A stretch of DNA of 64,000 bases, taken from the IMG/VR virus record IMGVR_UViG_3300045988_159115. One strand, given 5' to 3'. Position numbers and translations under genes: made by a program. This stretch comes from a virus. Below, piece after piece: positions 27,074 to 35,319 of this stretch; the first letter of the stretch is position 1, and each line of letters starts with the position of its first letter. The notes below the pieces were generated by a model. That model did not search any database, had not been told where the DNA came from, and saw nothing but the letters and a program-made list of their open reading frames with translations.

Positions 27074-28160
27074 AGACGACTATCAGGCGGTACTTGTTAC
27101 CATACAGGTCTGTAGCAGTAGATGTAGAGCGGTTGATATTCATTCTAGTGTGTTCAGGAAGCGGATAATCATCAATCACGACACCATCTTTATCAACGGC
27201 TTGGAATTCATACTTATCCGGATCGTCTTCAGAAAGATCATCGTGCCAAACGACATTGATCTTTACACCACGATTTTCATATTCAAGATACTTCAGCGTT
27301 TCTTCATCACGAGATTCTTCGCCGAGAGAATCTTCAATACCATCAAACAGATCGTCATCGTTGCTTACATCAGAATAGTCCTGTGTGGAAGAAGAATCGG
27401 TAGGCGCAATATTATTACGACCCATTTCCATCATAGTCTTCAGATAGGTAGAAGCGTAGTTCACCATATTGGCCTGCTCAGAGGTATTATTGGAGCCAAA
27501 TTCTTTGCGCTCTTTGAAGTTCATATCTGCAATAGAACGCTTTGTGGAAATAATCTTATCCACAATCTGAAGGCTCGTACCACGTGCAGTACTGATACTA
27601 TTGATAAGATCGGTCGTGAATTTCCCAATACCACGGGCACTACTCTTAGAGCTTTCCAGCTGGTCATACTTCTTTTGGAGAGAATCAACGAACTTAGCTT
27701 GCTGAAGTTGCATGTCCCTAAGCAAGGCAAGCTCAGGTTCAAACTCCTTCTTATGATTGATAGGCTGGCCATCTTTCTTTTTCTTCTTTTTGTCGCCATC
27801 GCCTTCATCATCTTCATCATAATCAAAAAGATCGTTGAAGCGCTTATTTTTCTTCTTCTTTTTCTTCTTTGCAGATTTAACGCCGAAGCTAAAGTCGACA
27901 GCTTCGTCCTGCATGGAATTCATTCCATTCAGATAATACTGGAAGTCATCATCTTCCTGCTTAATAGCAGATTGATTGCGTTCCACCTTCTTTTTCTCAG
28001 CTTTCGCTAAGAGATCAGAAGCCAGAACGCAATCATCTGTCCCATAATCGTCAAGATCTGCGGTAGCGTCAAGAAGGCTTTGTACTCGATTCGTTTTTAC
28101 TTTACGCTTCGAGTTTACTTCGATTTCGCTCTTAGGTAGATCGTCGTAATTATACTTCAT
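27072..28160 (-). CDS. hypothetical protein with poly-Lys and acidic tracts (362 aa)
   Basis: SD AAAGGTGG; ACA-N6-TA motif at 28205-28221. Confidence 0.65.
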   Translation of the reverse strand: MKYNYDDLPKSEIEVNSKRKVKTNRVQSLLDATADLDDYGTDDCVLASDLLAKAEKKKVERNQSAIKQEDDDFQYYLNGMNSMQDEAVDFSFGVKSAKKKKKKKNKRFNDLFDYDEDDEGDGDKKKKKKDGQPINHKKEFEPELALLRDMQLQQAKFVDSLQKKYDQLESSKSSARGIGKFTTDLINSISTARGTSLQIVDKIISTKRSIADMNFKERKEFGSNNTSEQANMVNYASTYLKTMMEMGRNNIAPTDSSSTQDYSDVSNDDDLFDGIEDSLGEESRDEETLKYLEYENRGVKINVVWHDDLSEDDPDKYEFQAVDKDGVVIDDYPLPEHTRMNINRSTSTATDLYGNKYRLIVV

Positions 28161-28204
28161 ATAAAGACCACCTTTCGTTGGTAATTAATGGAAAGCCTAG
28201 AAAA

Positions 28205-28221
28205 CTTATGCATCTGTTTTT
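28205..28221 (-). promoter_or_regulatory. ACA-N6-TA motif (AAAAACAGATGCATAAG)
   Basis: 45 nt upstream of 28160; back-to-back with 28244-28259. Confidence 0.5.
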
Positions 28222-28243
28222 CCTATCCTTTTTCATTGGCCTT

Positions 28244-28259
28244 GTGACAGTTGACTAAA
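28244..28259 (+). promoter_or_regulatory. ACA-N6-TAA motif (GTGACAGTTGACTAAA)
   Basis: 28 nt upstream of the DNA polymerase start. Confidence 0.45.
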
Positions 28260-28286
28260 CGAAAGACCGAAAGGAATGAAACTAAT

Positions 28287-30113
28287 ATGGTAGATACAGT
28301 GAAACCCAAAAAAGATTCTTCCATGTTGATTGACATTCAATATGTGAAACCTAGTAAAGCAAATAACCAGCCAGATGACTATCTCTACATTATCTGGAGA
28401 GATATGGATACTGGTGAGAAGCATTTGATGATAAATAAAAACCCGGTCATTCCTATCTATTTTGAGAAGGAAGAGTATCGGGATCATGACTATTGTAAGA
28501 ATTACGCTCCGATGGATCATCTCGTAGAGAAATTTGTTCCGTATCGAGATGTGACGAAGGAGATTGCTTGTGAAGCTGGTGGCCAGTGGCTTCAGATTTA
28601 CAAGGAGAATATGAGAGCCGGTCGTTATGGAGAGAATAAAAAAATTTATGCTTATCCATACACGTTCGGCTCTGATTATGACCCTATCCCTATTTATCGA
28701 GCAAAATGGCTTAATAAATTTGATAATGATAGGGTTAAAAAACTGCATAAGGGATTCCTCGATATTGAGGTTGATGGTATCGAAACTCCGGGAATGCCTT
28801 CTGCACAAGACTGTCCTGTTAATGCAGTTACTCTGATTGACGGATGGGATGGTATCGTATACACTTTCCTTTATGTCGGTAGACAGTATGAAGGAAGCGA
28901 TCCTCATCGTAAAGAGATGTATGCTAATATGCATGCTCAGCAGAAGTATATGATTACTCATACTTCTGAATTTAATCAGAAGCTCCATGAAACCTATGAC
29001 GACTTCTACGGTGCTGACTTGAAGTATAAGCAATTCTTCTATACCGATGAGAAGAAGATGCTTGTCCATTTATTCCAGCTTATCAACCAATTGAAGCTTG
29101 ACTTCATTGCTGTGTGGAATATCTCCTTCGATATGCCGTACTTAATTGAACGATTGACTCGATTGGGACTTGACCCGAAAGAAGTAATGTGCCATCCGGA
29201 TTTTCCTGCTAAGGTTTGCTACTTTAAGAAGGACGATCGAAACTTCGAAATTAAGAATAAGAATGATACGATGATTCTTAGTTCTTATACGAATTTCATC
29301 GACCAAATGGAACTGTATGCAGCAAACCGTAAAGGTGCATCCGAACTTCGTTCCTATAAGCTGAATTTCATTGCACAGAAAGAGTTGAAGGATACGAAGC
29401 TCGATTATTCTGACGAAGGTAATATTAAGACTCTTCCATATGAGAACTTCGAGATGTTTGTGACATACAACATCAAGGACGTTTTGCTTCAGTATGGTAT
29501 TGAACGCCGTACTTGTGATATGGATACCTTATATGTCTCTTCGTATAAGAATGCTACTCCGTATGCAAAGGTCTTTAAGCAAACCGTCGTTCTTCGTAAC
29601 GTGCAATACGTGAACTTCTTAAGTAGAGGACTGGTTCCTGGAAATAACATCAATGTCCTCTTTGATACAAAGGCTGCACCTAAGTATGATGATGAAGGAA
29701 ACTTGATTGACGAAGATGAGAGCTTCGAAGGTGCGCTCGTAGCCGATCCGACGTATAATGATAAAGTCGGTATTGACATTTACGGCCAGCCTTCCAATAA
29801 TATCTTCCTCAATGCAGTTGACTTCGATATGTCTGCATTCTATCCTTCTAGCATTCGTGCCATGAATATCGACCCGTCTACGTTGATTTTCAAAATGCAG
29901 CTTGACCTTGATCAGTATGATATTTATGGCGGAGAAATTCCTCTGAATGGTATTACTTGGAAAAAATTCGTTGAAGAAGGAGAGAAAGACGGAAGCAAGG
30001 AGTTCATTGATAACTTCCAGACAGGGAACTACCATAGCTTTGGTAGCAAATGGCTTAATATGCCTTCTGTCGATGAAGTATTCCAGCGTATGAAAGAGGA
30101 GCTTGGAGACTAA
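28287..30113 (+). CDS. family-B DNA polymerase, N-terminal part (3'-5' exonuclease domain plus polymerase motif A only)
   Basis: ExoI FLDIEVD, ExoII WNISFDMPYLIERL, ExoIII YNIKDVLL and motif A DFDMSAFYPSSIRAMNI are present. The ORF stops about 100 aa later, without motif B (KxxxNSxYG) or motif C (YGDTDS). Confidence 0.8.
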   Translation: MVDTVKPKKDSSMLIDIQYVKPSKANNQPDDYLYIIWRDMDTGEKHLMINKNPVIPIYFEKEEYRDHDYCKNYAPMDHLVEKFVPYRDVTKEIACEAGGQWLQIYKENMRAGRYGENKKIYAYPYTFGSDYDPIPIYRAKWLNKFDNDRVKKLHKGFLDIEVDGIETPGMPSAQDCPVNAVTLIDGWDGIVYTFLYVGRQYEGSDPHRKEMYANMHAQQKYMITHTSEFNQKLHETYDDFYGADLKYKQFFYTDEKKMLVHLFQLINQLKLDFIAVWNISFDMPYLIERLTRLGLDPKEVMCHPDFPAKVCYFKKDDRNFEIKNKNDTMILSSYTNFIDQMELYAANRKGASELRSYKLNFIAQKELKDTKLDYSDEGNIKTLPYENFEMFVTYNIKDVLLQYGIERRTCDMDTLYVSSYKNATPYAKVFKQTVVLRNVQYVNFLSRGLVPGNNINVLFDTKAAPKYDDEGNLIDEDESFEGALVADPTYNDKVGIDIYGQPSNNIFLNAVDFDMSAFYPSSIRAMNIDPSTLIFKMQLDLDQYDIYGGEIPLNGITWKKFVEEGEKDGSKEFIDNFQTGNYHSFGSKWLNMPSVDEVFQRMKEELGD

Positions 30114-30970
30114 TGGTAGATACACAGAAGAACTATATCCAAATCATTTCAGATCTTGTCTCTGTCCCACAGGATGAGCTGACTGAGATGCTTAAGAAAG
30201 ATCTTAGGAAAAAGAAAGCAACTCCTTTGATGGAAGAAATTATGAGTGCTCTCGGAGTGTCAGAAGAAGAATTGCGAGAGCAACTCAGATATGAATTCAC
30301 CGGTAAGATTACCGTTCATATTCCAGAAGAAGAGATTCGTTCTCCAATTGCCAAGATGCTGTCTAAATTGATTCGTGTCATGAACGATATCTATATCTTA
30401 AAGACTGGTGATGTCATTAGTCTGGATGTAGACTATCCGTATCACATCAAATTACAGCAGGAGATGACGGAGTCTATTTTCTCATTACTTCCTGAGATTG
30501 ATGGAATCATTCATATTCCAAATGCTCGTGAATTTAAGATGATGCTTTATCCTTCTGACAAGGAAGCGATGACTGATGGATTCGATTTTTACGAGTATAA
30601 GACAAAAGCAGTTCCAGTTATCTTGAATTCTGAAAAAGGAAAAGTCTTAGCAAGACTCAAGTATTATCAGGATTTGAGTGCTGGCTGTGATAGCTGGTAT
30701 GATTTCGTTTTGGACGAATCGACGATCAATAAGATTTTCGTGAATAACGATTATTTTGATTTCGTTCCAGAAGGAGTGGAAGGTGGTCCTTCGATTATTC
30801 TTACGAAGGAATCTTTCCCACTCATTACAGAAAAGACAGCTGATATCATAGAGTATAGCGCAAGACAATACTCTAAAGACTTATACCTAATCGTATTCAG
30901 ATTCGATTGTGGTATTTTTTCAGTTCAATCGTTCAACTTCTATATCCCGATGGTTAGAAAAGATAGCTGA
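30113..30970 (+). CDS. hypothetical protein (285 aa), translationally coupled to the polymerase fragment
   Basis: TAATG overlap; no polymerase motifs seen; terminator at 30975-31029. Confidence 0.65.
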   Translation: MVDTQKNYIQIISDLVSVPQDELTEMLKKDLRKKKATPLMEEIMSALGVSEEELREQLRYEFTGKITVHIPEEEIRSPIAKMLSKLIRVMNDIYILKTGDVISLDVDYPYHIKLQQEMTESIFSLLPEIDGIIHIPNAREFKMMLYPSDKEAMTDGFDFYEYKTKAVPVILNSEKGKVLARLKYYQDLSAGCDSWYDFVLDESTINKIFVNNDYFDFVPEGVEGGPSIILTKESFPLITEKTADIIEYSARQYSKDLYLIVFRFDCGIFSVQSFNFYIPMVRKDS

Positions 30971-30974
30971 AACT

Positions 30975-31029
30975 AAAAAATAAGAACCAAGGTTTCTCGT
31001 ACTAGAGTGAACCTTGGTTCTTATTTTAC
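30975..31029 (+). terminator. intrinsic terminator
   Basis: 15-bp stem AATAAGAACCAAGGT / ACCTTGGTTCTTATT followed by TTT. Confidence 0.7.
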
Positions 31030-31067
31030 AAAAAAGAAGGGATACCTAGCTGGTTGCTAGGTCCCTT
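31030..31067 (-). terminator. conserved terminator family, copy C (minus strand)
   Basis: The minus strand reads AAGGGACCTAGCAACCAGCTAGGTATCCCTTCTTTTTT. It differs from copy B by a compensatory G-C / A-T pair. Confidence 0.7.
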
Positions 31068-31078
31068 GATCCCATGGA

Positions 31079-31684
31079 TTATTTCATAGGATCGAAGTCA
31101 CGAACCAAGAATGGTACGTAGATGTTGTCTATATTCATGAGGAGGAAATAGCAAATGCCGTCCTCGCTCATGAAATGGTGAATTTTCATGTATTCGGTGT
31201 GATCGCCATAGACATCCTGGACAGCCTTGTACTCATTAGCATACTGGATGCCGATGAGTTGGTCGCCATTGGTGGACGTAGCGAACAGATCCGCGCTCGA
31301 AATCCTCAAGTAGTTCTTTCCGGTGGAAAGCACAGACATGAAATCATCGAACGATTCCGGAGAGAACCCGGTATAGTGCATGAGATCGTTGATGACGTCG
31401 GGGGTGAAGATAGTTTCCAGATTGAGGCCGCGAACGAACTGTGTGAGCACAACGTTCTTATTGGGTTTGACTGTCTTGTAGATCGGGCTCTTTACGATGA
31501 TGTCACCATTCAGGAGGGAAGAGCATTGCTGATCAGCCGTATTAGCGTAGAGCAACCGATCGTATATCTCAGAATACCCTTCGTAATATTTAACAGACCC
31601 ATTGACTACCGTTGCTTTGATGATGTGAAATGGATTGTACTGTTCGGTGCGGCGCAAGGCGCTCTTGCTGATTTCATATCCCAT
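31079..31684 (-). CDS. hypothetical early protein (201 aa)
   Basis: SD GGAGAAGGA; early-type promoter at 31761-31774; conserved terminator hairpin at 31030-31067. Confidence 0.7.
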   Translation of the reverse strand: MGYEISKSALRRTEQYNPFHIIKATVVNGSVKYYEGYSEIYDRLLYANTADQQCSSLLNGDIIVKSPIYKTVKPNKNVVLTQFVRGLNLETIFTPDVINDLMHYTGFSPESFDDFMSVLSTGKNYLRISSADLFATSTNGDQLIGIQYANEYKAVQDVYGDHTEYMKIHHFMSEDGICYFLLMNIDNIYVPFLVRDFDPMK

Positions 31685-31760
31685 TCTGTTTTCCTTCTCC
31701 TAGTATACACTAGGCCAAAATGAATATAAGTAAACCGATTGCTTACTTCATATTCACTAT

Positions 31761-31774
31761 TATAATATATAATT
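31761..31774 (-). promoter_or_regulatory. early-type promoter motif (minus strand AATTATATATTATA)
   Basis: Oriented toward 31684-31079. Confidence 0.6.
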
Positions 31775-31816
31775 ATTTTAAATGATTAACTGTTATACTC
31801 CACAGGAAATGATGCT

Positions 31817-31833
31817 GAAAACACTAAGGTAAG
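31817..31833 (+). promoter_or_regulatory. ACA-N6-TA motif (GAAAACACTAAGGTAAG)
   Basis: Upstream of the portal candidate. Confidence 0.5.
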
Positions 31834-31905
31834 CTTAAGACAATACATATGATGCATTACGTTTTCATATCAAAAAATAGATTTGAGAGGAGTGTAGTAA
31901 GTCCT

Positions 31906-34290
31906 ATGGCCGATCATATCCACGAAGCTTCTGGATCTTCTGCGCCGCAGCTTACCAAACAGCAGGCGGGTCGAATTAACCGGACGAATCGAAACATCAG
32001 TGCAAACTTGAATGCTCTGATGGATAATCTTAGTTCGATGACATATGGTACTCAGAAGGACACGAAGATTGATTCTCTGATCACAGACTTCAATTCACTT
32101 GTTAAATCCGAAATCCATGATATCCGTTCCAGTACAGATGGCGACAGCGTTAATTTTATCACAAGATTGATTTCTGATAATAATAAAAAGCTCGCTGGTG
32201 CATCAAAGGATCTGGAGGATATCTTTGGTACAGATGAAGGTCAGATTCAAGCTTTATTCAACGAGCAGTATAAGAATCGTTTGATTAAGCAAGCTGACCT
32301 TCACGAAGTTGCTTCTCAGTTGGTTGAACTGAAGCAAGCTATTACAGTTACTCGAGATGCCATCATCTCGGCTGATATTGTCGATGGCACCATGTCTCGT
32401 ACTCTTTCCGTTGAGAATGATTCCATGTCCACAGATGGTGAGGATTATATCCCTATCATTGAATCTGTGGAAAAGAAATTTGGCCTTCAAAAGAAGATTA
32501 AGGAATTTATTATTCCTCGTTCTCTGGAGTATGGCGAATATTATGTGTATGCTGTTCCTTACTCTAAAATCTTTGAAGACTTTTCTAAAGAAAAGAGCAA
32601 AGGAAAGTATAACGCATACAACGAAGCAGCAGGTCATACTCTGTATGAGTGCTACATGGAAGGGACGAAAGATAAGAAGTTCGATAAGACTGATCTTTAT
32701 AAGTCCGTCATGGAGTCTGCACAGAGCTGTCCTGACTTTGAAGATCTTCTTCGTCGAAGTGATATGTCCAAGGGTGATGCCCAGAAGCAGATGTCTGCTG
32801 AGCTGAAATCCTATATGGAGAATATCACCATTTGCAACGAGTCTATTCCTCTCTGTGTACTTGAGGAAGGTGTTGACACCTATCGTCAATACTATCAGGA
32901 GTTCGTTGAAAAGACTATCACTGAAGATAAGAAGTCTCCTGCTTTCACATTTGCCTCGGTCATGAAGAATATTGATTCTGGCGTTCATGGTTATGAAACC
33001 AATGGAGCGCTGAATCGGCAGGCTAATAAGAAGGTTGGCGAGAAATTCAATAATATTCAGGATTGCTATGTCCGTTTGATTTCTCCGTTGAATCTTCTTC
33101 CTATCAAGATCTCTGACGAAATCATTGGCTACTACTATGTGCAAGAAGATGATATTACTCCTCTTGCAGGTATTCTGACTTCTACGATGTATTACGACAA
33201 GTATGATATGAATCATGGCGAGCGTAATATCATTGATATCATTGCTGGAGCTATTGTCAAGTCGTTCGACAAGAAATTCCTCAACAGCAATATGAAGTTT
33301 AAGAAGCTCATTGTAGAAGCGCTGAATTACTACAAGCTGAATAATAAGCGGCTTCGTTTCCAGTTTATCCCGAAGGAATACATCGTTCCGTTTAAGATCA
33401 ATACAGATGAGCATGGCAATGGCGTCTCAATCATTGAGGATTCCCTTTTCTATGCAAAGCTGTATCTGATGCTCTTGCTCTTTAAGATTCTTTCTATCGT
33501 TACGAATAGTAATGATACGAAGGTGAACTACATTCGTCAATCTGGCATTGATAAGAATGTGGCAAATAAGATTCAAGAGATTGCTCGTAAGAAGCAGGAA
33601 CGTAAGATTACCATGGCAGATATGTTCTCGTATACTACTCTGATCAATAAGATTGGTCAGGGTAACGAGATGTACGTGCCTACTGGTAAGGGTAATGAGC
33701 GTGGCATCGAAACAGAGATTCTTTCTGGTCAAGATGTCCAGATCAATGGCGATCTGATGGATATGCTGAAGAAAGCATACATCTCTGGCACTGGTGTTCC
33801 TGACGTTCTGCTCAACTACTATAATGAAGCTGATTTTGCTAAGACTTTGGAGCTTGCAAATAACCGTTTCCAGGGTCGTGTCATTTCGTTCCAGCTTGAT
33901 TATAATGAGCAGATCACTCAGCTGTATCGGCAGATTTGTAAGTATGCTACGAATATTCCGGAGCCAGTCATTGATTCCCTCCAGTTTAATTTCGTACAGC
34001 CGAAGTCTGCAAATAGTAATATTACCAATGATCTTCTAAATAACCATAATACTCTGGTTGAGTTTTTGACTGGTCTTTATTATGGTCAAGACTTTGCAGA
34101 TGATCCTAAGAAGGCGGCACAGGTGTCTGTCTTCAAGAAGAACCTTGCAAAAGATCGTTTGGCAATGCTTAACTTCGATCATATCGAAGAGATTTTCCAG
34201 AAATCTAATATCGAAGGTATGAAAGATCCTCTGAATCCTGAGAATCAGGATGTTGGCGATATGGATACCGGAGACGAGAATAACCAGTAA
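31906..34290 (+). CDS. portal protein candidate (794 aa)
   Basis: The call rests on size, the acidic C-terminal tail, the ACA-N6-TA motif at 31817-31833 and the virion-gene neighbourhood. ATG 31906 has GAGGAG upstream; 31849 is an alternative start. No diagnostic motif was recognised. Confidence 0.4.
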   Translation: MADHIHEASGSSAPQLTKQQAGRINRTNRNISANLNALMDNLSSMTYGTQKDTKIDSLITDFNSLVKSEIHDIRSSTDGDSVNFITRLISDNNKKLAGASKDLEDIFGTDEGQIQALFNEQYKNRLIKQADLHEVASQLVELKQAITVTRDAIISADIVDGTMSRTLSVENDSMSTDGEDYIPIIESVEKKFGLQKKIKEFIIPRSLEYGEYYVYAVPYSKIFEDFSKEKSKGKYNAYNEAAGHTLYECYMEGTKDKKFDKTDLYKSVMESAQSCPDFEDLLRRSDMSKGDAQKQMSAELKSYMENITICNESIPLCVLEEGVDTYRQYYQEFVEKTITEDKKSPAFTFASVMKNIDSGVHGYETNGALNRQANKKVGEKFNNIQDCYVRLISPLNLLPIKISDEIIGYYYVQEDDITPLAGILTSTMYYDKYDMNHGERNIIDIIAGAIVKSFDKKFLNSNMKFKKLIVEALNYYKLNNKRLRFQFIPKEYIVPFKINTDEHGNGVSIIEDSLFYAKLYLMLLLFKILSIVTNSNDTKVNYIRQSGIDKNVANKIQEIARKKQERKITMADMFSYTTLINKIGQGNEMYVPTGKGNERGIETEILSGQDVQINGDLMDMLKKAYISGTGVPDVLLNYYNEADFAKTLELANNRFQGRVISFQLDYNEQITQLYRQICKYATNIPEPVIDSLQFNFVQPKSANSNITNDLLNNHNTLVEFLTGLYYGQDFADDPKKAAQVSVFKKNLAKDRLAMLNFDHIEEIFQKSNIEGMKDPLNPENQDVGDMDTGDENNQ

Positions 34291-34294
34291 AAAG

Positions 34295-34344
34295 AACCTA
34301 GCAGGTATAAGATATATTTCAATCTTATACCTGCTAGGTTTTAT
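34295..34344 (+). terminator. intrinsic terminator after the portal candidate
   Basis: 19-bp stem AACCTAGCAGGTATAAGAT / ATCTTATACCTGCTAGGTT followed by TTTT. Confidence 0.7.
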
Positions 34345-34352
34345 ATATTATA
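34341..34352 (+). promoter_or_regulatory. orphan early-type promoter motif TTATATATTATA facing antisense into the tail tube gene
   Basis: Exact 12-mer directly after the portal-candidate terminator. Only a 4-codon mini-ORF lies downstream before the convergent tube gene. Confidence 0.45.
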
Positions 34353-34421
34353 AAAGGAGAAAATCGTAGATGACTATCGAATAGTCACCATGAGATTTAT
34401 GTCCAAGCCTAATGGTAACTA

Positions 34422-35291
34422 TTAGGTCACAATGAAGGTACCCTTCTGGCGAGAAGACTTCTTCACCAGCTTGCCGGTGTTCAGGTCGTAGTAAGTACCA
34501 TTATCACCAGCGGGATACAGCTGATCATCGGTAAAGCCGCTGTTGAAGTTCAGAGAGTTCATCAGGGCATTGTGCTTGATCAGCAGCTGCTTTGCCTTCT
34601 CATTGATCTGCGGGCTCATATAACGAGTTGCGGTGAACTGGACGTCCATCTCAACCAGGTTATGCTCGCCAGACTGATAATTGAACTGCTCGAACTGGAT
34701 GTTCTTCGGGAAGCAGTTAGCAAACAGAGCAGCATACTCAACCTTCTTACCAGTCTGGTCGGTTGCAACGTAGATGAACTCGGCAGTCTGGTTAGCCTGG
34801 CAAACAGGCAGGTTGTAGTTCACATCGTTCGGGGTGTCATCACAGTAGTAGTGAGACAGACCGGACTGAAGATCGGAAACACCATTGACCCAGTACTGAA
34901 TAACCTCACGCATCAGAGAGCCTGAGAATTCATAGACCTTGATGGTCAGGTCGGCTGCGGTATCGGATGCGATCGAGGGGATCTCAACCTTCTTACCGGA
35001 GTAGCCGCCAGCCATCTCATTGGTCTGGACGTCGATGTTGTCCATACCAGTAATGGCAGTGTTTGCGTACTCAAGCACGTGCTTGAACTTACGCATCTTA
35101 TCGGGGATCTTGTTGTTGACAAAGATCGGGGTACGAATCATGAAGATTCGACCAAAACCTGTCTTCAGGGGGTCATACTGAAGCAGGGAATCACGAGTAA
35201 CATTCAGACCACCAAGAAACAGAGCATAGTCGGTGATGTTTTCCATGTTATGGTTATGAATGTTAGTCTGGAAAGTCGTAGCATTAGCCAT
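34422..35291 (-). CDS. tail tube protein candidate (289 aa)
   Basis: It lies immediately downstream of the sheath gene, has SD AAAGGAG and very strong codon bias, and is beta-rich. Confidence 0.5.
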   Translation of the reverse strand: MANATTFQTNIHNHNMENITDYALFLGGLNVTRDSLLQYDPLKTGFGRIFMIRTPIFVNNKIPDKMRKFKHVLEYANTAITGMDNIDVQTNEMAGGYSGKKVEIPSIASDTAADLTIKVYEFSGSLMREVIQYWVNGVSDLQSGLSHYYCDDTPNDVNYNLPVCQANQTAEFIYVATDQTGKKVEYAALFANCFPKNIQFEQFNYQSGEHNLVEMDVQFTATRYMSPQINEKAKQLLIKHNALMNSLNFNSGFTDDQLYPAGDNGTYYDLNTGKLVKKSSRQKGTFIVT

Positions 35292-35319
35292 ACTACTTCA
35301 CGCTCCTTTCTTAGTTTTA

